This document shows positions 1 to 15,000 of a DNA stretch of 64,000 nt, in pieces. Position numbers and translations under genes: made by a program. Source of the stretch: Octopus sinensis (lineage: Eukaryota); contig NC_043011.1 in NCBI RefSeq assembly GCF_006345805.1, forward strand, positions 23,076,464-23,140,463. Direction: 5' to 3'. Each line of letters begins with the position of its first letter. Within the stretch, counting starts at the first letter, position 1. The notes beneath the pieces were generated by a model. The model saw only the letters and a program-made list of their open reading frames with translations. It did no database searches and was not told the origin of the DNA.

Positions 1-3000
1 ACAGCCAGACACATCGTGATTGTATAACGGGACAGTTGCCGCGCAAGAAACCTTCATCTGAAGATCCACTCGCATGAAAGCAGTCGAAAAATATATCCTA
101 ATCTGACTTTATACTCATAAAAAAAGCTGTGATGAAATAACAGCCAGACACATCGTGATTGTATAACGGGACAGTTGCCGCGCAAGAAACCTTCATCTGA
201 AGATCCACTCGCATGAAAGCAGTCGAAAAATATATCCTAATCTGACTTTATACTCATAAAAAAAGCTGTGATGAAATAACAGCCAGACACATCGTGATTG
301 TATAACGGGACAGTTGCCGCGCAAGAAACCTTCATCTGAAGATCCACTCGCATGAAAGCAGTCGAAAAATATATCCTAATCTGACTTTATACTCATAAAA
401 AAAGCTGTGATGAAATAACAGCCAGACACATCGTGATTGTATAACGGGACAGTTGCCGCGCAAGAAACCTTCATCTGAAGATCCACTCGCATGAAAGCAG
501 TCGAAAAATATATCCTAATCTGACTTTATACTCATAAAAAAAGCTGTGATGAAATAACAGCCAGACACATCGTGATTGTATAACGGGACAGTTGCCGCGC
601 AAGAAACCTTCATCTGAAGATCCACTCGCATGAAAGCAGTCGAAAAATATATCCTAATCTGACTTTATACTCATAAAAAAAGCTGTGATGAAATAACAGC
701 CAGACACATCGTGATTGTATAACGGGACAGTTGCCGCGCAAGAAACCTTCATCTGAAGATCCACTCGCATGAAAGCAGTCGAAAAATATATCCTAATCTG
801 ACTTTATACTCATAAAAAAAGCTGTGATGAAATAACAGCCAGACACATCGTGATTGTATAACGGGACAGTTGCCGCGCAAGAAACCTTCATCTGAAGATC
901 CACTCGCATGAAAGCAGTCGAAAAATATATCCTAATCTGACTTTATACTCATAAAAAAAGCTGTGATGAAATAACAGCCAGACACATCGTGATTGTATAA
1001 CGGGACAGTTGCCGCGCAAGAAACCTTCATCTGAAGATCCACTCGCATGAAAGCAGTCGAAAAATATATCCTAATCTGACTTTATACTCATAAAAAAAGC
1101 TGTGATGAAATAACAGCCAGACACATCGTGATTGTATAACGGGACAGTTGCCGCGCAAGAAACCTTCATCTGAAGATCCACTCGCATGAAAGCAGTCGAA
1201 AAATATATCCTAATCTGACTTTATACTCATAAAAAAAGCTGTGATGAAATAACAGCCAGACACATCGTGATTGTATAACGGGACAGTTGCCGCGCAAGAA
1301 ACCTTCATCTGAAGATCCACTCGCATGAAAGCAGTCGAAAAATATATCCTAATCTGACTTTATACTCATAAAAAAAGCTGTGATGAAATAACAGCCAGAC
1401 ACATCGTGATTGTATAACGGGACAGTTGCCGCGCAAGAAACCTTCATCTGAAGATCCACTCGCATGAAAGCAGTCGAAAAATATATCCTAATCTGACTTT
1501 ATACTCATAAAAAAAGCTGTGATGAAATAACAGCCAGACACATCGTGATTGTATAACGGGACAGTTGCCGCGCAAGAAACCTTCATCTGAAGATCCACTC
1601 GCATGAAAGCAGTCGAAAAATATATCCTAATCTGACTTTATACTCATAAAAAAAGCTGTGATGAAATAACAGCCAGACACATCGTGATTGTATAACGGGA
1701 CAGTTGCCGCGCAAGAAACCTTCATCTGAAGATCCACTCGCATGAAAGCAGTCGAAAAATATATCCTAATCTGACTTTATACTCATAAAAAAAGCTGTGA
1801 TGAAATAACAGCCAGACACATCGTGATTGTATAACGGGACAGTTGCCGCGCAAGAAACCTTCATCTGAAGATCCACTCGCATGAAAGCAGTCGAAAAATA
1901 TATCCTAATCTGACTTTATACTCATAAAAAAAGCTGTGATGAAATAACAGCCAGACACATCGTGATTGTATAACGGGACAGTTGCCGCGCAAGAAACCTT
2001 CATCTGAAGATCCACTCGCATGAAAGCAGTCGAAAAATATATCCTAATCTGACTTTATACTCATAAAAAAAGCTGTGATGAAATAACAGCCAGACACATC
2101 GTGATTGTATAACGGGACAGTTGCCGCGCAAGAAACCTTCATCTGAAGATCCACTCGCATGAAAGCAGTCGAAAAATATATCCTAATCTGACTTTATACT
2201 CATAAAAAAAGCTGTGATGAAATAACAGCCAGACACATCGTGATTGTATAACGGGACAGTTGCCGCGCAAGAAACCTTCATCTGAAGATCCACTCGCATG
2301 AAAGCAGTCGAAAAATATATCCTAATCTGACTTTATACTCATAAAAAAAGCTGTGATGAAATAACAGCCAGACACATCGTGATTGTATAACGGGACAGTT
2401 GCCGCGCAAGAAACCTTCATCTGAAGATCCACTCGCATGAAAGCAGTCGAAAAATATATCCTAATCTGACTTTATACTCATAAAAAAAGCTGTGATGAAA
2501 TAACAGCCAGACACATCGTGATTGTATAACGGGACAGTTGCCGCGCAAGAAACCTTCATCTGAAGATCCACTCGCATGAAAGCAGTCGAAAAATATATCC
2601 TAATCTGACTTTATACTCATAAAAAAAGCTGTGATGAAATAACAGCCAGACACATCGTGATTGTATAACGGGACAGTTGCCGCGCAAGAAACCTTCATCT
2701 GAAGATCCACTCGCATGAAAGCAGTCGAAAAATATATCCTAATCTGACTTTATACTCATAAAAAAAGCTGTGATGAAATAACAGCCAGACACATCGTGAT
2801 TGTATAACGGGACAGTTGCCGCGCAAGAAACCTTCATCTGAAGATCCACTCGCATGAAAGCAGTCGAAAAATATATCCTAATCTGACTTTATACTCATAA
2901 AAAAAGCTGTGATGAAATAACAGCCAGACACATCGTGATTGTATAACGGGACAGTTGCCGCGCAAGAAACCTTCATCTGAAGATCCACTCGCATGAAAGC

Positions 3001-6000
3001 AGTCGAAAAATATATCCTAATCTGACTTTATACTCATAAAAAAAGCTGTGATGAAATAACAGCCAGACACATCGTGATTGTATAACGGGACAGTTGCCGC
3101 GCAAGAAACCTTCATCTGAAGATCCACTCGCATGAAAGCAGTCGAAAAATATATCCTAATCTGACTTTATACTCATAAAAAAAGCTGTGATGAAATAACA
3201 GCCAGACACATCGTGATTGTATAACGGGACAGTTGCCGCGCAAGAAACCTTCATCTGAAGATCCACTCGCATGAAAGCAGTCGAAAAATATATCCTAATC
3301 TGACTTTATACTCATAAAAAAAGCTGTGATGAAATAACAGCCAGACACATCGTGATTGTATAACGGGACAGTTGCCGCGCAAGAAACCTTCATCTGAAGA
3401 TCCACTCGCATGAAAGCAGTCGAAAAATATATCCTAATCTGACTTTATACTCATAAAAAAAGCTGTGATGAAATAACAGCCAGACACATCGTGATTGTAT
3501 AACGGGACAGTTGCCGCGCAAGAAACCTTCATCTGAAGATCCACTCGCATGAAAGCAGTCGAAAAATATATCCTAATCTGACTTTATACTCATAAAAAAA
3601 GCTGTGATGAAATAACAGCCAGACACATCGTGATTGTATAACGGGACAGTTGCCGCGCAAGAAACCTTCATCTGAAGATCCACTCGCATGAAAGCAGTCG
3701 AAAAATATATCCTAATCTGACTTTATACTCATAAAAAAAGCTGTGATGAAATAACAGCCAGACACATCGTGATTGTATAACGGGACAGTTGCCGCGCAAG
3801 AAACCTTCATCTGAAGATCCACTCGCATGAAAGCAGTCGAAAAATATATCCTAATCTGACTTTATACTCATAAAAAAAGCTGTGATGAAATAACAGCCAG
3901 ACACATCGTGATTGTATAACGGGACAGTTGCCGCGCAAGAAACCTTCATCTGAAGATCCACTCGCATGAAAGCAGTCGAAAAATATATCCTAATCTGACT
4001 TTATACTCATAAAAAAAGCTGTGATGAAATAACAGCCAGACACATCGTGATTGTATAACGGGACAGTTGCCGCGCAAGAAACCTTCATCTGAAGATCCAC
4101 TCGCATGAAAGCAGTCGAAAAATATATCCTAATCTGACTTTATACTCATAAAAAAAGCTGTGATGAAATAACAGCCAGACACATCGTGATTGTATAACGG
4201 GACAGTTGCCGCGCAAGAAACCTTCATCTGAAGATCCACTCGCATGAAAGCAGTCGAAAAATATATCCTAATCTGACTTTATACTCATAAAAAAAGCTGT
4301 GATGAAATAACAGCCAGACACATCGTGATTGTATAACGGGACAGTTGCCGCGCAAGAAACCTTCATCTGAAGATCCACTCGCATGAAAGCAGTCGAAAAA
4401 TATATCCTAATCTGACTTTATACTCATAAAAAAAGCTGTGATGAAATAACAGCCAGACACATCGTGATTGTATAACGGGACAGTTGCCGCGCAAGAAACC
4501 TTCATCTGAAGATCCACTCGCATGAAAGCAGTCGAAAAATATATCCTAATCTGACTTTATACTCATAAAAAAAGCTGTGATGAAATAACAGCCAGACACA
4601 TCGTGATTGTATAACGGGACAGTTGCCGCGCAAGAAACCTTCATCTGAAGATCCACTCGCATGAAAGCAGTCGAAAAATATATCCTAATCTGACTTTATA
4701 CTCATAAAAAAAGCTGTGATGAAATAACAGCCAGACACATCGTGATTGTATAACGGGACAGTTGCCGCGCAAGAAACCTTCATCTGAAGATCCACTCGCA
4801 TGAAAGCAGTCGAAAAATATATCCTAATCTGACTTTATACTCATAAAAAAAGCTGTGATGAAATAACAGCCAGACACATCGTGATTGTATAACGGGACAG
4901 TTGCCGCGCAAGAAACCTTCATCTGAAGATCCACTCGCATGAAAGCAGTCGAAAAATATATCCTAATCTGACTTTATACTCATAAAAAAAGCTGTGATGA
5001 AATAACAGCCAGACACATCGTGATTGTATAACGGGACAGTTGCCGCGCAAGAAACCTTCATCTGAAGATCCACTCGCATGAAAGCAGTCGAAAAATATAT
5101 CCTAATCTGACTTTATACTCATAAAAAAAGCTGTGATGAAATAACAGCCAGACACATCGTGATTGTATAACGGGACAGTTGCCGCGCAAGAAACCTTCAT
5201 CTGAAGATCCACTCGCATGAAAGCAGTCGAAAAATATATCCTAATCTGACTTTATACTCATAAAAAAAGCTGTGATGAAATAACAGCCAGACACATCGTG
5301 ATTGTATAACGGGACAGTTGCCGCGCAAGAAACCTTCATCTGAAGATCCACTCGCATGAAAGCAGTCGAAAAATATATCCTAATCTGACTTTATACTCAT
5401 AAAAAAAGCTGTGATGAAATAACAGCCAGACACATCGTGATTGTATAACGGGACAGTTGCCGCGCAAGAAACCTTCATCTGAAGATCCACTCGCATGAAA
5501 GCAGTCGAAAAATATATCCTAATCTGACTTTATACTCATAAAAAAAGCTGTGATGAAATAACAGCCAGACACATCGTGATTGTATAACGGGACAGTTGCC
5601 GCGCAAGAAACCTTCATCTGAAGATCCACTCGCATGAAAGCAGTCGAAAAATATATCCTAATCTGACTTTATACTCATAAAAAAAGCTGTGATGAAATAA
5701 CAGCCAGACACATCGTGATTGTATAACGGGACAGTTGCCGCGCAAGAAACCTTCATCTGAAGATCCACTCGCATGAAAGCAGTCGAAAAATATATCCTAA
5801 TCTGACTTTATACTCATAAAAAAAGCTGTGATGAAATAACAGCCAGACACATCGTGATTGTATAACGGGACAGTTGCCGCGCAAGAAACCTTCATCTGAA
5901 GATCCACTCGCATGAAAGCAGTCGAAAAATATATCCTAATCTGACTTTATACTCATAAAAAAAGCTGTGATGAAATAACAGCCAGACACATCGTGATTGT

Positions 6001-9000
6001 ATAACGGGACAGTTGCCGCGCAAGAAACCTTCATCTGAAGATCCACTCGCATGAAAGCAGTCGAAAAATATATCCTAATCTGACTTTATACTCATAAAAA
6101 AAGCTGTGATGAAATAACAGCCAGACACATCGTGATTGTATAACGGGACAGTTGCCGCGCAAGAAACCTTCATCTGAAGATCCACTCGCATGAAAGCAGT
6201 CGAAAAATATATCCTAATCTGACTTTATACTCATAAAAAAAGCTGTGATGAAATAACAGCCAGACACATCGTGATTGTATAACGGGACAGTTGCCGCGCA
6301 AGAAACCTTCATCTGAAGATCCACTCGCATGAAAGCAGTCGAAAAATATATCCTAATCTGACTTTATACTCATAAAAAAAGCTGTGATGAAATAACAGCC
6401 AGACACATCGTGATTGTATAACGGGACAGTTGCCGCGCAAGAAACCTTCATCTGAAGATCCACTCGCATGAAAGCAGTCGAAAAATATATCCTAATCTGA
6501 CTTTATACTCATAAAAAAAGCTGTGATGAAATAACAGCCAGACACATCGTGATTGTATAACGGGACAGTTGCCGCGCAAGAAACCTTCATCTGAAGATCC
6601 ACTCGCATGAAAGCAGTCGAAAAATATATCCTAATCTGACTTTATACTCATAAAAAAAGCTGTGATGAAATAACAGCCAGACACATCGTGATTGTATAAC
6701 GGGACAGTTGCCGCGCAAGAAACCTTCATCTGAAGATCCACTCGCATGAAAGCAGTCGAAAAATATATCCTAATCTGACTTTATACTCATAAAAAAAGCT
6801 GTGATGAAATAACAGCCAGACACATCGTGATTGTATAACGGGACAGTTGCCGCGCAAGAAACCTTCATCTGAAGATCCACTCGCATGAAAGCAGTCGAAA
6901 AATATATCCTAATCTGACTTTATACTCATAAAAAAAGCTGTGATGAAATAACAGCCAGACACATCGTGATTGTATAACGGGACAGTTGCCGCGCAAGAAA
7001 CCTTCATCTGAAGATCCACTCGCATGAAAGCAGTCGAAAAATATATCCTAATCTGACTTTATACTCATAAAAAAAGCTGTGATGAAATAACAGCCAGACA
7101 CATCGTGATTGTATAACGGGACAGTTGCCGCGCAAGAAACCTTCATCTGAAGATCCACTCGCATGAAAGCAGTCGAAAAATATATCCTAATCTGACTTTA
7201 TACTCATAAAAAAAGCTGTGATGAAATAACAGCCAGACACATCGTGATTGTATAACGGGACAGTTGCCGCGCAAGAAACCTTCATCTGAAGATCCACTCG
7301 CATGAAAGCAGTCGAAAAATATATCCTAATCTGACTTTATACTCATAAAAAAAGCTGTGATGAAATAACAGCCAGACACATCGTGATTGTATAACGGGAC
7401 AGTTGCCGCGCAAGAAACCTTCATCTGAAGATCCACTCGCATGAAAGCAGTCGAAAAATATATCCTAATCTGACTTTATACTCATAAAAAAAGCTGTGAT
7501 GAAATAACAGCCAGACACATCGTGATTGTATAACGGGACAGTTGCCGCGCAAGAAACCTTCATCTGAAGATCCACTCGCATGAAAGCAGTCGAAAAATAT
7601 ATCCTAATCTGACTTTATACTCATAAAAAAAGCTGTGATGAAATAACAGCCAGACACATCGTGATTGTATAACGGGACAGTTGCCGCGCAAGAAACCTTC
7701 ATCTGAAGATCCACTCGCATGAAAGCAGTCGAAAAATATATCCTAATCTGACTTTATACTCATAAAAAAAGCTGTGATGAAATAACAGCCAGACACATCG
7801 TGATTGTATAACGGGACAGTTGCCGCGCAAGAAACCTTCATCTGAAGATCCACTCGCATGAAAGCAGTCGAAAAATATATCCTAATCTGACTTTATACTC
7901 ATAAAAAAAGCTGTGATGAAATAACAGCCAGACACATCGTGATTGTATAACGGGACAGTTGCCGCGCAAGAAACCTTCATCTGAAGATCCACTCGCATGA
8001 AAGCAGTCGAAAAATATATCCTAATCTGACTTTATACTCATAAAAAAAGCTGTGATGAAATAACAGCCAGACACATCGTGATTGTATAACGGGACAGTTG
8101 CCGCGCAAGAAACCTTCATCTGAAGATCCACTCGCATGAAAGCAGTCGAAAAATATATCCTAATCTGACTTTATACTCATAAAAAAAGCTGTGATGAAAT
8201 AACAGCCAGACACATCGTGATTGTATAACGGGACAGTTGCCGCGCAAGAAACCTTCATCTGAAGATCCACTCGCATGAAAGCAGTCGAAAAATATATCCT
8301 AATCTGACTTTATACTCATAAAAAAAGCTGTGATGAAATAACAGCCAGACACATCGTGATTGTATAACGGGACAGTTGCCGCGCAAGAAACCTTCATCTG
8401 AAGATCCACTCGCATGAAAGCAGTCGAAAAATATATCCTAATCTGACTTTATACTCATAAAAAAAGCTGTGATGAAATAACAGCCAGACACATCGTGATT
8501 GTATAACGGGACAGTTGCCGCGCAAGAAACCTTCATCTGAAGATCCACTCGCATGAAAGCAGTCGAAAAATATATCCTAATCTGACTTTATACTCATAAA
8601 AAAAGCTGTGATGAAATAACAGCCAGACACATCGTGATTGTATAACGGGACAGTTGCCGCGCAAGAAACCTTCATCTGAAGATCCACTCGCATGAAAGCA
8701 GTCGAAAAATATATCCTAATCTGACTTTATACTCATAAAAAAAGCTGTGATGAAATAACAGCCAGACACATCGTGATTGTATAACGGGACAGTTGCCGCG
8801 CAAGAAACCTTCATCTGAAGATCCACTCGCATGAAAGCAGTCGAAAAATATATCCTAATCTGACTTTATACTCATAAAAAAAGCTGTGATGAAATAACAG
8901 CCAGACACATCGTGATTGTATAACGGGACAGTTGCCGCGCAAGAAACCTTCATCTGAAGATCCACTCGCATGAAAGCAGTCGAAAAATATATCCTAATCT

Positions 9001-12000
9001 GACTTTATACTCATAAAAAAAGCTGTGATGAAATAACAGCCAGACACATCGTGATTGTATAACGGGACAGTTGCCGCGCAAGAAACCTTCATCTGAAGAT
9101 CCACTCGCATGAAAGCAGTCGAAAAATATATCCTAATCTGACTTTATACTCATAAAAAAAGCTGTGATGAAATAACAGCCAGACACATCGTGATTGTATA
9201 ACGGGACAGTTGCCGCGCAAGAAACCTTCATCTGAAGATCCACTCGCATGAAAGCAGTCGAAAAATATATCCTAATCTGACTTTATACTCATAAAAAAAG
9301 CTGTGATGAAATAACAGCCAGACACATCGTGATTGTATAACGGGACAGTTGCCGCGCAAGAAACCTTCATCTGAAGATCCACTCGCATGAAAGCAGTCGA
9401 AAAATATATCCTAATCTGACTTTATACTCATAAAAAAAGCTGTGATGAAATAACAGCCAGACACATCGTGATTGTATAACGGGACAGTTGCCGCGCAAGA
9501 AACCTTCATCTGAAGATCCACTCGCATGAAAGCAGTCGAAAAATATATCCTAATCTGACTTTATACTCATAAAAAAAGCTGTGATGAAATAACAGCCAGA
9601 CACATCGTGATTGTATAACGGGACAGTTGCCGCGCAAGAAACCTTCATCTGAAGATCCACTCGCATGAAAGCAGTCGAAAAATATATCCTAATCTGACTT
9701 TATACTCATAAAAAAAGCTGTGATGAAATAACAGCCAGACACATCGTGATTGTATAACGGGACAGTTGCCGCGCAAGAAACCTTCATCTGAAGATCCACT
9801 CGCATGAAAGCAGTCGAAAAATATATCCTAATCTGACTTTATACTCATAAAAAAAGCTGTGATGAAATAACAGCCAGACACATCGTGATTGTATAACGGG
9901 ACAGTTGCCGCGCAAGAAACCTTCATCTGAAGATCCACTCGCATGAAAGCAGTCGAAAAATATATCCTAATCTGACTTTATACTCATAAAAAAAGCTGTG
10001 ATGAAATAACAGCCAGACACATCGTGATTGTATAACGGGACAGTTGCCGCGCAAGAAACCTTCATCTGAAGATCCACTCGCATGAAAGCAGTCGAAAAAT
10101 ATATCCTAATCTGACTTTATACTCATAAAAAAAGCTGTGATGAAATAACAGCCAGACACATCGTGATTGTATAACGGGACAGTTGCCGCGCAAGAAACCT
10201 TCATCTGAAGATCCACTCGCATGAAAGCAGTCGAAAAATATATCCTAATCTGACTTTATACTCATAAAAAAAGCTGTGATGAAATAACAGCCAGACACAT
10301 CGTGATTGTATAACGGGACAGTTGCCGCGCAAGAAACCTTCATCTGAAGATCCACTCGCATGAAAGCAGTCGAAAAATATATCCTAATCTGACTTTATAC
10401 TCATAAAAAAAGCTGTGATGAAATAACAGCCAGACACATCGTGATTGTATAACGGGACAGTTGCCGCGCAAGAAACCTTCATCTGAAGATCCACTCGCAT
10501 GAAAGCAGTCGAAAAATATATCCTAATCTGACTTTATACTCATAAAAAAAGCTGTGATGAAATAACAGCCAGACACATCGTGATTGTATAACGGGACAGT
10601 TGCCGCGCAAGAAACCTTCATCTGAAGATCCACTCGCATGAAAGCAGTCGAAAAATATATCCTAATCTGACTTTATACTCATAAAAAAAGCTGTGATGAA
10701 ATAACAGCCAGACACATCGTGATTGTATAACGGGACAGTTGCCGCGCAAGAAACCTTCATCTGAAGATCCACTCGCATGAAAGCAGTCGAAAAATATATC
10801 CTAATCTGACTTTATACTCATAAAAAAAGCTGTGATGAAATAACAGCCAGACACATCGTGATTGTATAACGGGACAGTTGCCGCGCAAGAAACCTTCATC
10901 TGAAGATCCACTCGCATGAAAGCAGTCGAAAAATATATCCTAATCTGACTTTATACTCATAAAAAAAGCTGTGATGAAATAACAGCCAGACACATCGTGA
11001 TTGTATAACGGGACAGTTGCCGCGCAAGAAACCTTCATCTGAAGATCCACTCGCATGAAAGCAGTCGAAAAATATATCCTAATCTGACTTTATACTCATA
11101 AAAAAAGCTGTGATGAAATAACAGCCAGACACATCGTGATTGTATAACGGGACAGTTGCCGCGCAAGAAACCTTCATCTGAAGATCCACTCGCATGAAAG
11201 CAGTCGAAAAATATATCCTAATCTGACTTTATACTCATAAAAAAAGCTGTGATGAAATAACAGCCAGACACATCGTGATTGTATAACGGGACAGTTGCCG
11301 CGCAAGAAACCTTCATCTGAAGATCCACTCGCATGAAAGCAGTCGAAAAATATATCCTAATCTGACTTTATACTCATAAAAAAAGCTGTGATGAAATAAC
11401 AGCCAGACACATCGTGATTGTATAACGGGACAGTTGCCGCGCAAGAAACCTTCATCTGAAGATCCACTCGCATGAAAGCAGTCGAAAAATATATCCTAAT
11501 CTGACTTTATACTCATAAAAAAAGCTGTGATGAAATAACAGCCAGACACATCGTGATTGTATAACGGGACAGTTGCCGCGCAAGAAACCTTCATCTGAAG
11601 ATCCACTCGCATGAAAGCAGTCGAAAAATATATCCTAATCTGACTTTATACTCATAAAAAAAGCTGTGATGAAATAACAGCCAGACACATCGTGATTGTA
11701 TAACGGGACAGTTGCCGCGCAAGAAACCTTCATCTGAAGATCCACTCGCATGAAAGCAGTCGAAAAATATATCCTAATCTGACTTTATACTCATAAAAAA
11801 AGCTGTGATGAAATAACAGCCAGACACATCGTGATTGTATAACGGGACAGTTGCCGCGCAAGAAACCTTCATCTGAAGATCCACTCGCATGAAAGCAGTC
11901 GAAAAATATATCCTAATCTGACTTTATACTCATAAAAAAAGCTGTGATGAAATAACAGCCAGACACATCGTGATTGTATAACGGGACAGTTGCCGCGCAA

Positions 12001-15000
12001 GAAACCTTCATCTGAAGATCCACTCGCATGAAAGCAGTCGAAAAATATATCCTAATCTGACTTTATACTCATAAAAAAAGCTGTGATGAAATAACAGCCA
12101 GACACATCGTGATTGTATAACGGGACAGTTGCCGCGCAAGAAACCTTCATCTGAAGATCCACTCGCATGAAAGCAGTCGAAAAATATATCCTAATCTGAC
12201 TTTATACTCATAAAAAAAGCTGTGATGAAATAACAGCCAGACACATCGTGATTGTATAACGGGACAGTTGCCGCGCAAGAAACCTTCATCTGAAGATCCA
12301 CTCGCATGAAAGCAGTCGAAAAATATATCCTAATCTGACTTTATACTCATAAAAAAAGCTGTGATGAAATAACAGCCAGACACATCGTGATTGTATAACG
12401 GGACAGTTGCCGCGCAAGAAACCTTCATCTGAAGATCCACTCGCATGAAAGCAGTCGAAAAATATATCCTAATCTGACTTTATACTCATAAAAAAAGCTG
12501 TGATGAAATAACAGCCAGACACATCGTGATTGTATAACGGGACAGTTGCCGCGCAAGAAACCTTCATCTGAAGATCCACTCGCATGAAAGCAGTCGAAAA
12601 ATATATCCTAATCTGACTTTATACTCATAAAAAAAGCTGTGATGAAATAACAGCCAGACACATCGTGATTGTATAACGGGACAGTTGCCGCGCAAGAAAC
12701 CTTCATCTGAAGATCCACTCGCATGAAAGCAGTCGAAAAATATATCCTAATCTGACTTTATACTCATAAAAAAAGCTGTGATGAAATAACAGCCAGACAC
12801 ATCGTGATTGTATAACGGGACAGTTGCCGCGCAAGAAACCTTCATCTGAAGATCCACTCGCATGAAAGCAGTCGAAAAATATATCCTAATCTGACTTTAT
12901 ACTCATAAAAAAAGCTGTGATGAAATAACAGCCAGACACATCGTGATTGTATAACGGGACAGTTGCCGCGCAAGAAACCTTCATCTGAAGATCCACTCGC
13001 ATGAAAGCAGTCGAAAAATATATCCTAATCTGACTTTATACTCATAAAAAAAGCTGTGATGAAATAACAGCCAGACACATCGTGATTGTATAACGGGACA
13101 GTTGCCGCGCAAGAAACCTTCATCTGAAGATCCACTCGCATGAAAGCAGTCGAAAAATATATCCTAATCTGACTTTATACTCATAAAAAAAGCTGTGATG
13201 AAATAACAGCCAGACACATCGTGATTGTATAACGGGACAGTTGCCGCGCAAGAAACCTTCATCTGAAGATCCACTCGCATGAAAGCAGTCGAAAAATATA
13301 TCCTAATCTGACTTTATACTCATAAAAAAAGCTGTGATGAAATAACAGCCAGACACATCGTGATTGTATAACGGGACAGTTGCCGCGCAAGAAACCTTCA
13401 TCTGAAGATCCACTCGCATGAAAGCAGTCGAAAAATATATCCTAATCTGACTTTATACTCATAAAAAAAGCTGTGATGAAATAACAGCCAGACACATCGT
13501 GATTGTATAACGGGACAGTTGCCGCGCAAGAAACCTTCATCTGAAGATCCACTCGCATGAAAGCAGTCGAAAAATATATCCTAATCTGACTTTATACTCA
13601 TAAAAAAAGCTGTGATGAAATAACAGCCAGACACATCGTGATTGTATAACGGGACAGTTGCCGCGCAAGAAACCTTCATCTGAAGATCCACTCGCATGAA
13701 AGCAGTCGAAAAATATATCCTAATCTGACTTTATACTCATAAAAAAAGCTGTGATGAAATAACAGCCAGACACATCGTGATTGTATAACGGGACAGTTGC
13801 CGCGCAAGAAACCTTCATCTGAAGATCCACTCGCATGAAAGCAGTCGAAAAATATATCCTAATCTGACTTTATACTCATAAAAAAAGCTGTGATGAAATA
13901 ACAGCCAGACACATCGTGATTGTATAACGGGACAGTTGCCGCGCAAGAAACCTTCATCTGAAGATCCACTCGCATGAAAGCAGTCGAAAAATATATCCTA
14001 ATCTGACTTTATACTCATAAAAAAAGCTGTGATGAAATAACAGCCAGACACATCGTGATTGTATAACGGGACAGTTGCCGCGCAAGAAACCTTCATCTGA
14101 AGATCCACTCGCATGAAAGCAGTCGAAAAATATATCCTAATCTGACTTTATACTCATAAAAAAAGCTGTGATGAAATAACAGCCAGACACATCGTGATTG
14201 TATAACGGGACAGTTGCCGCGCAAGAAACCTTCATCTGAAGATCCACTCGCATGAAAGCAGTCGAAAAATATATCCTAATCTGACTTTATACTCATAAAA
14301 AAAGCTGTGATGAAATAACAGCCAGACACATCGTGATTGTATAACGGGACAGTTGCCGCGCAAGAAACCTTCATCTGAAGATCCACTCGCATGAAAGCAG
14401 TCGAAAAATATATCCTAATCTGACTTTATACTCATAAAAAAAGCTGTGATGAAATAACAGCCAGACACATCGTGATTGTATAACGGGACAGTTGCCGCGC
14501 AAGAAACCTTCATCTGAAGATCCACTCGCATGAAAGCAGTCGAAAAATATATCCTAATCTGACTTTATACTCATAAAAAAAGCTGTGATGAAATAACAGC
14601 CAGACACATCGTGATTGTATAACGGGACAGTTGCCGCGCAAGAAACCTTCATCTGAAGATCCACTCGCATGAAAGCAGTCGAAAAATATATCCTAATCTG
14701 ACTTTATACTCATAAAAAAAGCTGTGATGAAATAACAGCCAGACACATCGTGATTGTATAACGGGACAGTTGCCGCGCAAGAAACCTTCATCTGAAGATC
14801 CACTCGCATGAAAGCAGTCGAAAAATATATCCTAATCTGACTTTATACTCATAAAAAAAGCTGTGATGAAATAACAGCCAGACACATCGTGATTGTATAA
14901 CGGGACAGTTGCCGCGCAAGAAACCTTCATCTGAAGATCCACTCGCATGAAAGCAGTCGAAAAATATATCCTAATCTGACTTTATACTCATAAAAAAAGC

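Noticed and set aside
16-32. CENP-B-box-like aacggga in the satellite
   Set aside because: The required TTCG....A..CGGG spacing is absent; only the 3' end matches.
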